Below, piece after piece: positions 7,919 through 15,630 of a stretch of DNA of 64,000 nucleotides. The stretch comes from Parcubacteria bacterium C7867-008 (GTDB lineage: Bacteria; Patescibacteriota; Minisyncoccia; Phycocordibacterales; Phycocordibacteraceae): assembly GCA_001189215.1 (NCBI GenBank), contig LFCR01000004.1:313635-377634 (forward strand). Direction: 5' to 3'. Under the pieces are notes generated by a model that saw nothing but the letters and a program-made list of their open reading frames with translations, did no database searches and was not told where the DNA came from. Each line of letters begins with the position of its first letter. The first letter of the stretch is position 1. Position numbers and translations under genes: made by a program.

Positions 7919-10432
7919 TTATTTGGTAATGCCTGACATGCTGCCCTGGATTAGCTTCTGCTCCGAAGGCGGGAGGAGGAGCATCAGGTTGTGTACCGAT
8001 TTTTTAAGTGCGTCGACATCGCCCATCTCGATGGCACGCTGTCCCTTTTGAGTGTAGTAGTCGGCTTCGCTTTGGCTGGTCCACTTGTGATCCTTTTCAA
8101 GGATGGTGTTGAACAGATGGACCCAGGATGCCGGATTAGAAAGGACTACCTTGTGACCGAGTTCCTTGAGCTGCTCGAGAACTCGGCCAAGCATGACCTT
8201 GTCGCTAGATGCGAGCGCCTTCTCGCCTTCTTCTTTGACCACATTTAGCTGGTCCTGGTGAATCTCTTTTTCTTTTTCATCGCTGTAGGCATCTATAAGC
8301 TCTTGGATGTCCGTGGTTTTCTCATTGTATTCGGCAATCAGCTGTGGCAGCTCCTTTGCTTTCTCGAGGTAGTCGAGCTTGATCTTCAGTTCCTTGAGTT
8401 GCTTGTCTGCCTTGCGCTTCTCATCTTCGTCCACGTTCGCGGTTGCGATGCTGGTTTCGAGGGACTTCGTCAGGTCGCTCAGCTTTCCTTTTTCTTCCGG
8501 AGTGCAGGACTGACCGACTTTCTCACAGCGTGTGATCTGTTGCTTGAGCTGTGCCTCCATTTCCTCGATGCTGAGGTTCTCTGCATGAATAGTTGCACGG
8601 GCGCTGAAGGTTAGGTCGATTGAAGGAACGAAGGCTTCCACCTTGATCTCGCGGGATTCGTTTACCTCGATCGTGAGTGCGATCTCGGTACCTTCCGGGA
8701 GATCGTATGGGAGGTTTTCGCCGGTGACCTTCAAGTCACAGATGAATTGGTTTTGGTCCGGTACGTCGGATTCGCCCTCGCGTATCTTAATCGGGAGCGC
8801 GTTGTCCTTATCGCCCTTGGCGAGCTTCTTCAGGGTCTTGTAGGTCCGGGTCGCTTTGAGCGGCAGGATGCTGTTTTTCTCGAAGATAACCTCGAAGTCC
8901 TCCACCATTGCGAAGTTGCTGGTATTGAAATCTCGTCGTGCAACGCCCACGCCGATAGAGTGTGGTATTGGAGCTCCCGATACTGAAAGGCCGTGCGTGA
9001 TCGAGAACGATTCCGGTTCCGTCTTTATTGGATTGCCGTCAACATCGAAGAGGTATATCCAGAAGAGCGTGGTCTTGTTCTTCTCAATGCTCACCGTCTC
9101 CATGAATTTGCCGTTCTTGAGCTTCAGTTTCTTTCCACTGAAGGAACCTCCTTCGCTCTGTATCTGGACGTAGTATTCGCCCTCGGAGTCTTTGAGTTCT
9201 TCGACGATGCCGGTGATAGTTTCTTCAGTCTCGGAAGTGAGCGACTCGTAATTAAGACGCAACGTATGGATCGAGGCGTCCGTCGCCTTCTTCGATTCGA
9301 GGTATTCCTTCGGGATTTTCTGGCTTACGGCATAGATGCAGGCTCCGCGAGCTACGACTGTCAAAGGATCGGCCGAGGTGTCGACGTCGATCTTCAGGTC
9401 CTTCTCGAGACGCTCCTTGATATAAGGAATCATGGTCGGACCTCCGACGAGGACGATTTTAGCGACTGATGCCTGCTTCACTCCTGATTCCTTTATCGTT
9501 TCTTTGCTGAGCTCGATGGTCTTGTCTACCGACGGCTTGATCAGCTTCTCGAATTCGCTCTTGGTGTACGGGATGGTGAGGTAGATTTCCTTGCCATCAT
9601 CATCTGCGCCAATGTTCTCGACTTCGATGGTATAGCCCTCCATTTGTGAGAGGCTGATTTTCGCGTTCTCGGCGAAGTATTTGAGCTTAGAGAAAACGTG
9701 TAGGTATTTCTTGTTGCCACGATTGAAATCGGCGATCGTGAATTTCTCCAGAATCTTAGGGACGATAACCTTATCGACGATCGCGTTGTCGAAGTCTTTG
9801 CCGCCGAGGAAGTTGTCGCCGTTATGTCCGAGGACCGATAGCGTCCCGTCCTTTGATGAGATGAGGGCAACGTCGAAGGTGCCGCCGCCAAGGTCGTACA
9901 CTAGCCAGTTCTCGTTCTTAGCGTTCATGAATCCGTAAGCGATCGCTGCGGCGATTGGCTCCTGAAGGAGCACGACATGCTTGAAGCCAGCGTTATTGCC
10001 TGCTCGCTTCGTTGCCTCGGCCTGGAGGGTCGAGAAATACGCCGGGATCGTGATTACCGCGCCGACAGTCGAGGTATCTGGGAACTTGCGGAGAACATCC
10101 TCTTTGAGGGTCTTGAGTATCTCTCCGGAGATTTCTTCCGGGGTCAAATCCTCTCCGAGTCGGTCGAAGTGAACTTTGTCCGCGGTGCCCATCAGGCGCT
10201 TAACTTCCGCTTTGTTATTTGCAAATTCATCCTCGGAAGCATCCTTGAAAAGTTTTTCGTATGCTCGCTTTCCGACTATCTTATTCTTTGCTTTGTCGAC
10301 GCCGAAAACCGATGGCGTGTATTCGTCATTGAAAATGTTTTTTACGATCTCGACGTTGCCCTTGTTGTTCACGGCAACTTCAGAATTCGTTGTTCCTAGG
10401 TCTACGCCTATTTGTAGGTTTTGTGCGCTCAT
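7919..10432 (-). CDS. Hsp70-family ATPase (atypical, 837 aa, non-canonical C-terminal region)
   Basis: Actin-like Hsp70 NBD motifs IGVDLGTTNS, VITIPAYF, VYDLGGGTFDV, NGDNFLGGKDFD, VLVGGPTMIPYI and DPLTVVARGACIYA; the C-terminal ~450 aa do not resemble a DnaK substrate-binding domain. Confidence 0.75.
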   Translation of the reverse strand: MSAQNLQIGVDLGTTNSEVAVNNKGNVEIVKNIFNDEYTPSVFGVDKAKNKIVGKRAYEKLFKDASEDEFANNKAEVKRLMGTADKVHFDRLGEDLTPEEISGEILKTLKEDVLRKFPDTSTVGAVITIPAYFSTLQAEATKRAGNNAGFKHVVLLQEPIAAAIAYGFMNAKNENWLVYDLGGGTFDVALISSKDGTLSVLGHNGDNFLGGKDFDNAIVDKVIVPKILEKFTIADFNRGNKKYLHVFSKLKYFAENAKISLSQMEGYTIEVENIGADDDGKEIYLTIPYTKSEFEKLIKPSVDKTIELSKETIKESGVKQASVAKIVLVGGPTMIPYIKERLEKDLKIDVDTSADPLTVVARGACIYAVSQKIPKEYLESKKATDASIHTLRLNYESLTSETEETITGIVEELKDSEGEYYVQIQSEGGSFSGKKLKLKNGKFMETVSIEKNKTTLFWIYLFDVDGNPIKTEPESFSITHGLSVSGAPIPHSIGVGVARRDFNTSNFAMVEDFEVIFEKNSILPLKATRTYKTLKKLAKGDKDNALPIKIREGESDVPDQNQFICDLKVTGENLPYDLPEGTEIALTIEVNESREIKVEAFVPSIDLTFSARATIHAENLSIEEMEAQLKQQITRCEKVGQSCTPEEKGKLSDLTKSLETSIATANVDEDEKRKADKQLKELKIKLDYLEKAKELPQLIAEYNEKTTDIQELIDAYSDEKEKEIHQDQLNVVKEEGEKALASSDKVMLGRVLEQLKELGHKVVLSNPASWVHLFNTILEKDHKWTSQSEADYYTQKGQRAIEMGDVDALKKSVHNLMLLLPPSEQKLIQGSMSGITK

Positions 10433-10445
10433 AATGTTGGTGAGG

Positions 10446-10955
10446 TCAGTTAGTGACCAGAATTATTTTAGCTTTCCTGACCACCTGACCTTTGCAGATG
10501 ATGGTCGGCTCTACTGTCTCCTTTACAAAAGGAACCTCGATGCTTGGGTCTTTTTCAACCGACAAGACATCAAGGTTTAGGCCATCATTGTATTTTTTGC
10601 CTGTATAGTCAACGACCTCGATTTCATAACGGTCGAGGTAGGCAGTGAGCTTTTGGATTGAGGTTTCGAGGCCCTTCTTCTGGACCTCCGGGAGGTCGGG
10701 TCCGGCCTTTGCGATACGGTTCCCCATTCGCCATACTTCTACGGCAAGTTCGACGAGTTCGCCGACTCCCTGGCTGAGCTGTATGGTCTTAGGTTGTATT
10801 GAAAATCGGAGCTCTTCTCGGATCGCGTGAGTTGCTTCTGCGATCGCGTGTTCGATATGTCGTCGTGAGCTTAAGGAGAAATAAAGAACCACAACTAATA
10901 GTGCGAGGAGGAGGACTATCAGAATGATTTGTGGTCCAAGTATTAATGGGGTCAT
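10446..10955 (-). CDS. GrpE-like nucleotide-exchange-factor domain protein with N-terminal TM anchor
   Basis: The C-terminal YEIEVVDYTGKKYNDGLNLDVLSV...TIICKGQVVRKAKIILV aligns to the GrpE beta-domain (FGVEVI...DPNxHQAxxxV...GYxLNGRxIRxAxVxV); the N-terminal 25 aa are hydrophobic. Confidence 0.5.
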   Translation of the reverse strand: MTPLILGPQIILIVLLLALLVVVLYFSLSSRRHIEHAIAEATHAIREELRFSIQPKTIQLSQGVGELVELAVEVWRMGNRIAKAGPDLPEVQKKGLETSIQKLTAYLDRYEIEVVDYTGKKYNDGLNLDVLSVEKDPSIEVPFVKETVEPTIICKGQVVRKAKIILVTN

Positions 10956-11102
10956 AGCATAGCCTAAATCTTACCACTTTTTAATGTTAATGGCTATGGC
11001 AGAAGGCGGTGGGGACAAAAGCGCAAAAAAGCCGCTTGTTCCTAATGCTAACTATAGTATGTAGATTCATAGTTAGCAAGTGCCTAGACTTCATAGTAAC
11101 CT

Positions 11103-11315
11103 ATGAACAGGCAACTTTTAGTAAAATTCGGGAAGCGGGTGCGCGACGAAAGAATCAAAGCCGATCTTTCGCAGGAAAAGCTCGCCGAGAAGGCCAAGGT
11201 CCACAGGACCTACATTGGCATGATCGAGCGGGCCGAGAAAAACATCACGCTTTCAAACATGGAAAAGATAGCGAAGGCCCTCGGCATGAAGCTAAATCAG
11301 CTGATTGACTTCTAG
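11103..11315 (+). CDS. XRE/Cro-C1 family HTH transcriptional regulator
   Basis: 70 aa, classic HTH_3 (LSQEKLAEKAKVHRTYIGMIERAEKNITL...KIAKALGMKL). Confidence 0.8.
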   Translation: MNRQLLVKFGKRVRDERIKADLSQEKLAEKAKVHRTYIGMIERAEKNITLSNMEKIAKALGMKLNQLIDF

Positions 11316-11352
11316 TTGGCTTTCTGCTGAAAATAGCTATAATGTAAGCCAC

Positions 11353-11988
11353 ATGAGGACTAACGTTTATATCGATGCATCGAATCTTTTCTACGGCGGC
11401 AAGAAGTCGCTTGGTTGGAGCATCGACTATAAAAAGCTGTACGAATATCTTGAGGACAAATACCAGGCAGGACAGGTGTTCTTTTTCGGCGGCGTGGAGA
11501 TCCACAAGTTCCCTTTCAACTACCTAACGAATGATTCGGTGCCCGTGCGCGAGCTCGAGCAGTATCTGGTCAAATTGATTGCGGAGAAAGGCGACGCGCT
11601 GAGCGAAGCGGAGTTGAAGTTAATTGATCGCCACTTGAAGCGTGTGCGCTTCTATCTCAAGATTGCGAAGTTTGGATATCAAATGGTGTTGAAGCCGGTC
11701 AAGACTTTTTATGACGCGGAAGGCTCTCCAACTCGGAAGGCTAACTGCGATGTCGACATGGCTTTCTTTCTTATGCGCGATAAGAACATGTACGATCGTG
11801 CGGTCATTCTGTCTGGCGACGGGGATTTTCTGCCGGTGTTGAAGTTCTTGCGGGAGGAAGGCAAGAAGGAGATTTACATACTTGCTCACGCTTCGAGGAC
11901 GGCGAAAGAGATCAAGCGATTTGCTGCAGAGAAGTTTCTCGACTTCGCTTATTTGCGCGAACGCTTGAAGCGTACTGACGGAGAGTAG
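11353..11988 (+). CDS. NYN/LabA-like (PIN-fold) nuclease domain protein
   Basis: NVYIDASNLFYGG...CDVDMAFFLMRD...AVILSGDGDFLPVLKFLREEGK matches the NYN-domain acidic motifs. Start moved to the internal ATG (the ORF track starts at 11305). Confidence 0.6.
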   Translation: MRTNVYIDASNLFYGGKKSLGWSIDYKKLYEYLEDKYQAGQVFFFGGVEIHKFPFNYLTNDSVPVRELEQYLVKLIAEKGDALSEAELKLIDRHLKRVRFYLKIAKFGYQMVLKPVKTFYDAEGSPTRKANCDVDMAFFLMRDKNMYDRAVILSGDGDFLPVLKFLREEGKKEIYILAHASRTAKEIKRFAAEKFLDFAYLRERLKRTDGE

Positions 11989-12057
11989 ACCCATAAACAG
12001 CGAACGGCACCCATGTAGGATGCCGTTCAGGTCTGATGTGTCTATTATACTCCGCTC

Positions 12058-12264
12058 CTATTCCGTGTCAATCCCGATATGGGTATCTCGGTAATGGGCG
12101 TAGTTCCCCATTATTTCGAGGATTTCTTCCCTGTTGAGCTGTACACCTTCTTCGTCGAGGGCGAGCTCCTCTACTGCGATCGTATCGAACATGTTTGTCC
12201 GGCCGCTCTGGCGGACGCTTTCGTAGGCGAGGAACTTCTCTTTGCTGATCAGTGACTTTTCCAT
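12058..12264 (-). CDS. hypothetical protein
   Basis: 68-aa acidic ORF at the end of the lysis-side operon; no recognisable domain. Confidence 0.3.
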   Translation of the reverse strand: MEKSLISKEKFLAYESVRQSGRTNMFDTIAVEELALDEEGVQLNREEILEIMGNYAHYRDTHIGIDTE

Positions 12265-12305
12265 GTGAGCGACACATTACCTGGAACGTGTAGGAAGTAA
12301 AGCGT

Positions 12306-12483
12306 TTACTTCCCTGCGTAAGGCTGGCTTGAATCTCCCTTGTTCGAGAAGTAGAAGGACGAGGCCGCAATCGCCAGGATCATGAACTGGTCCACCGGCA
12401 GCTTGTTCAGGATAAATCCTGCGCAGGCGGTGAGCGTGAGGACGAGGAAGACGAGCTTTGATGCTGAATTGAAGATGGTCATT
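12306..12483 (-). CDS. small membrane protein (holin- or spanin-like candidate)
   Basis: Hand-translated 58-aa ORF (MTIFNSASKLVFLVLTLTACAGFILNKLPVDQFMILAIAASSFYFSNKGD...) with two hydrophobic segments, 2 nt downstream of the amidase gene. It is below the ORF-track length cutoff. Confidence 0.35.
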
Positions 12484-12484
12484 T

Positions 12485-13090
12485 TTATAATTGATTAAGA
12501 AGGTTAGTAATTTGCGCCTTGATGGCTTCCCTGCTCTGCGTCGGCACAGAGAGGATTCGCTTGAGCAGTTCTGTACGGACCGACTCGGGCTTTTCTTTGT
12601 AGTCGGAGATGTCGCCGTGGATGATGATATTCTTCTCGTCGAGGATGAATGCCGTCTCAGGATTGTTTGCGAAGGACTTCACAAGCTCGGCCAGCATTTG
12701 GTACTGCCACTCCGTGATGTCGTTTTCGTTCGGCTCGACCACGCCGTCCTGATCCACGTCGTATCCGGCTGCGAGCTCGATTCCGATCGTGTACTGGTTT
12801 GGATTGACGTAGGAGTTGTCGCGGTTCTTGAGCATAATCCGCTTCGCTCGGTCATTTGGGTTGCTGATCGCGCCTGCGTGCCATGCGACGTCGGTGAGCT
12901 TCACGAGCTGTGTGATCTCTCCTTCCTTCCGGCCGATGACGTAGTGCGCCGAGGATCGATTCGGTCTGTCAGCGTTTGATAGCCAGCTGACTGCTCCGTT
13001 GTATGCGCCGAGCGTCAGGTGCAGGACCACGGCGATCTTCTTCGTGGGACCGGCTGCGTAGTTCGGGGTCTGCTTGAATGGGATGTTCAT
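12485..13090 (-). CDS. N-acetylmuramoyl-L-alanine amidase (Amidase_2/PGRP, phage endolysin type)
   Basis: SAHYVIGRKEGEITQLV...VAWHAG...YTIGIELAAG matches Amidase_2 (T7 lysozyme-like) zinc amidase motifs. It sits between two small TM proteins. Confidence 0.75.
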   Translation of the reverse strand: MNIPFKQTPNYAAGPTKKIAVVLHLTLGAYNGAVSWLSNADRPNRSSAHYVIGRKEGEITQLVKLTDVAWHAGAISNPNDRAKRIMLKNRDNSYVNPNQYTIGIELAAGYDVDQDGVVEPNENDITEWQYQMLAELVKSFANNPETAFILDEKNIIIHGDISDYKEKPESVRTELLKRILSVPTQSREAIKAQITNLLNQL

Positions 13091-13095
13091 AAAAA

Positions 13096-13380
13096 TTATG
13101 GGTTAACTACTGGCAGTCGTTCGTCGAGAATCGTCTCGATCCGGGTGAGCCGTTCGCTTGTGCTTTGGAACTGGTCTTGGTTCTGATCGTCGATGCGCTT
13201 TACGTTTTCTTCGATCGTATGGATATGGTTGTCGCGTATGTTGTTCAGGGCCTCGATGACTTTGATGTCTTCCTTCGGTGCCTGCAGCATATTGAAGACT
13301 CCGAACGCGACGCCCACGATGCCGATCACGAGGGCCACCTGGTTGTATAAAAACTTCTTTAACGGCTCCGTTTTCTCCAT
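13096..13380 (-). CDS. holin-like small membrane protein
   Basis: 94 aa: one N-terminal TM helix (VALVIGIVGVAFGVF) plus a charged coiled-coil tail, immediately upstream of the endolysin. Confidence 0.4.
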   Translation of the reverse strand: MEKTEPLKKFLYNQVALVIGIVGVAFGVFNMLQAPKEDIKVIEALNNIRDNHIHTIEENVKRIDDQNQDQFQSTSERLTRIETILDERLPVVNP

Positions 13381-13408
13381 ACCCTAATGGTAGGAGTGAT
13401 TTTTTGAC

Positions 13409-13424
13409 TATCTGTAGGAATTAC
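13409..13424 (-). promoter_or_regulatory. conserved phage motif copy 1 (GTAATTCCTACAGATA on gene strand)
   Basis: Located 28 nt upstream of the holin-like start (13380). Confidence 0.55.
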
Positions 13425-13576
13425 AAAAGAGGACCAGGGTAAAGGACATTTGCACCACTAATCAGCTTATGGATAGAATTGGTCCATGCCTTACGCGGTA
13501 TTTTTCATATCCCTGGCGATACTCGTTTTTCTCGGAGGAGCTATCTTAGGACCTATCGGAGTTGCCCTTGGCGCAG

Positions 13577-15628
13577 TTATTGCGTTCCTGTTGGCACTTG
13601 GTTCAGCTTTTCTTTTTCACTAGAAAGAATCTCGTTGACCGCTTTCGTTCCTTGGGAGTTGAGAAGCTTGACCCAGTATTTCGCTGCCTCGAGCGATCCC
13701 ACTTCCATGAGCTTGTTTGCCAGCTCTGACTTCTGGACCGCGCGTAGCGTGTTGAACCAGGTGCTGTTGAGCGCGGTGGTAAGTCCGACGGCGAGTGTGC
13801 CTCCGGCCACAGTTCCGACTGCCGAGCCAGGAGGACCGGCTGCGAAGCCTCCGGCTGTTCCGCCGACTGTCGCGCCACTGCTTCCCATAACCGCGTTGAA
13901 CCATGAGATGAGTGGTCGTGCTTCCCTGCGCTTCGCCGTTTCGTCGAGTATGTCGAAGAGCCTCGAGTTGAGGCTGTATACCTTGTTGATCTTTTCGTAC
14001 TCCGGATTGTTCGTGTTCAGAAGGTCACGGATCGCGCCGTCGATCTTTCGGACCTGCGAGAGCATGCCGTTGTCATCGACTGTCTTGAGACTCTTTCGCG
14101 TTTCGTATACCACGTTGCCATAATCCTGTGCGAGTTCGCGGAGGTCTTGCTGATACGCTTCGGTCGGCATGTTGTAGAGGTGCAACGACTGAATGTCATC
14201 CCGTAGTTTCTTAAGCTGCGTGATCTTTGATGAATTTACCGATATAGGCTTCTGCGGCATCGCTTCAGACACCACCTGCTTAAGTGTTCGGGAATACTCG
14301 TCGATGCTGTCCATCTTTCCGAGATCCAGGTTATCGATAAGGTCGCCTATGTCATCGATGCCGTTATGGCGCAGCTGGTCCACGATGTTCTTCTTCGAGT
14401 CGGCGATGATCGCTGCGGTCCCTCCCGCTTTCTTGATCTGCTTCGCCATGTCCGGGTCTGCGAGGAGCTGCCGGGCAGTTTCGAGATGGTTGTCGATGGT
14501 GCTTTGGACCGCTCCGGTCTTTTCTGAGAAGGCTCGACCGCCTTGCGAGTAGTTCGAGATTTCGTCGTCGATCTTCGTGAGGATGCCGTCCGTGCCGATA
14601 GAGCCCTGGAGCTCGCCGAGCTTCTGATACTCCTCGTTCGAGAGCCGAATTCCCTTTTCCGCTTTCTTGATGAGTTGCTTGCGCGTACCCCATGCCTTCT
14701 CGTCGAGTAGGTCCGGAATGATTTTCTCGGCCTGCTCTTTGTATTTCTCTTTTGTCGCACTCAGTCCTCGCTTATAGCTTTCCACCGCTTCTTTTTTGAG
14801 GGTTTCCGGGCTGAGGTTCTTCATGTTCGCAAAGCCGGACAGCGTACCTCCTATAACGCCTGATATCGCTCCGCTTCCGAGCGCCCTTTTCATGATGGTC
14901 GGCAGGTCTTCGTCGTCCTGCATGGCGGAGGATGCACCGTAACTTACGCCTACCGGGACCGCTTCTCGCGCTCCTTCGATAAAACCTTTGCCGAATGCCG
15001 CGACTTTTGAGGTTGCGGTCGGTACCGTCTTTTGGAACGCCGTTGATGCGCCTTCCGGAAGCGCCCGCGCGAGCACCCCGCTTGCGCCTCCTTTCACGAG
15101 CAGCTTGCCGGTCTGTGCGCCCTTCGCGGCGTTGCCGTAGGTGCCGAATGAAGCGATGTCGGTTGCGACACCCAGTCCCTCGCCGAATATCTGCTTCGCG
15201 CTTTTGTTTACACTTGCGTTCGTCTCATTGATATCGATGGGCGGCTTGCTTGTGTCTTTCAGGTGCTGCTGTAGCGCAGCATCGAGGCGGGTAGTGTCTT
15301 CGCCGCGAGCTTTCTTTTCCTTAATGGTCTTAAGGAGATTGTTTGCGATCTCCTCGCTCCTTTTCATGAGCTCTGCGTTCTGGTTGTTCGTCCACGCCGC
15401 GCTTCCTGGCACGAATCCTGGGAGCGCGTCGGCGATGCTCTTACCGAACTTCAGTTCGCTTGAGATAAGGGTCTTACCGATTGTTTTTAGTACGCCGTCT
15501 TTCTTCGGCGGCTCTGGCTGCGCGTCGGAAGTAGGAAGGTTGTTCAACCATTCCTGGATTTCTTCCTGGCTTGCGCCTTGGGACTCGAGCGCTTCTATAT
15601 TCTGTTGTATTTTTTCGTGCGTAAGCAT
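13577..15628 (-). CDS. phage virion protein (internal-virion/tape-measure-like)
   Basis: 683 aa, largely alpha-helical with a Gly-zipper C-terminus (GSSGATVGGTAGGFAAGPPGSAVGTVAGG), in the tail-gene block. Confidence 0.45.
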   Translation of the reverse strand: MLTHEKIQQNIEALESQGASQEEIQEWLNNLPTSDAQPEPPKKDGVLKTIGKTLISSELKFGKSIADALPGFVPGSAAWTNNQNAELMKRSEEIANNLLKTIKEKKARGEDTTRLDAALQQHLKDTSKPPIDINETNASVNKSAKQIFGEGLGVATDIASFGTYGNAAKGAQTGKLLVKGGASGVLARALPEGASTAFQKTVPTATSKVAAFGKGFIEGAREAVPVGVSYGASSAMQDDEDLPTIMKRALGSGAISGVIGGTLSGFANMKNLSPETLKKEAVESYKRGLSATKEKYKEQAEKIIPDLLDEKAWGTRKQLIKKAEKGIRLSNEEYQKLGELQGSIGTDGILTKIDDEISNYSQGGRAFSEKTGAVQSTIDNHLETARQLLADPDMAKQIKKAGGTAAIIADSKKNIVDQLRHNGIDDIGDLIDNLDLGKMDSIDEYSRTLKQVVSEAMPQKPISVNSSKITQLKKLRDDIQSLHLYNMPTEAYQQDLRELAQDYGNVVYETRKSLKTVDDNGMLSQVRKIDGAIRDLLNTNNPEYEKINKVYSLNSRLFDILDETAKRREARPLISWFNAVMGSSGATVGGTAGGFAAGPPGSAVGTVAGGTLAVGLTTALNSTWFNTLRAVQKSELANKLMEVGSLEAAKYWVKLLNSQGTKAVNEILSSEKEKLNQVPTGTQ

Positions 15629-15630
15629 GG

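Noticed and set aside
10956-11102. tRNA or integrase expected at the prophage boundary
   Set aside because: No cloverleaf-compatible sequence, and no tyrosine or serine recombinase motifs were seen anywhere in the window. Absence is reported as a finding, not a feature.
11009-11308. 99-aa plus ORF overlapping the XRE gene
   Set aside because: It runs through the divergent promoter region and out of frame with a well-supported 70-aa HTH protein; its composition is Arg/Lys-biased.
11990-12057. Terminator-like hairpin AACGGCA-cccatgtagga-TGCCGTT after the NYN gene
   Set aside because: The loop is 11 nt and no U-tract follows, which is too weak to call.
13404-13432. Sigma-70 promoter (TTGACT -35) for the plus-strand 45-aa ORF
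   Set aside because: No acceptable -10 hexamer lies at a 16-18-bp spacing, and the region is better explained by the minus-strand conserved motif.
13603-13904. Arg-rich ORFs 13603-13878 and 13620-13904
   Set aside because: They are off-frame overlaps of the 3' end of the 683-aa virion protein gene with extreme Arg/Ser composition.
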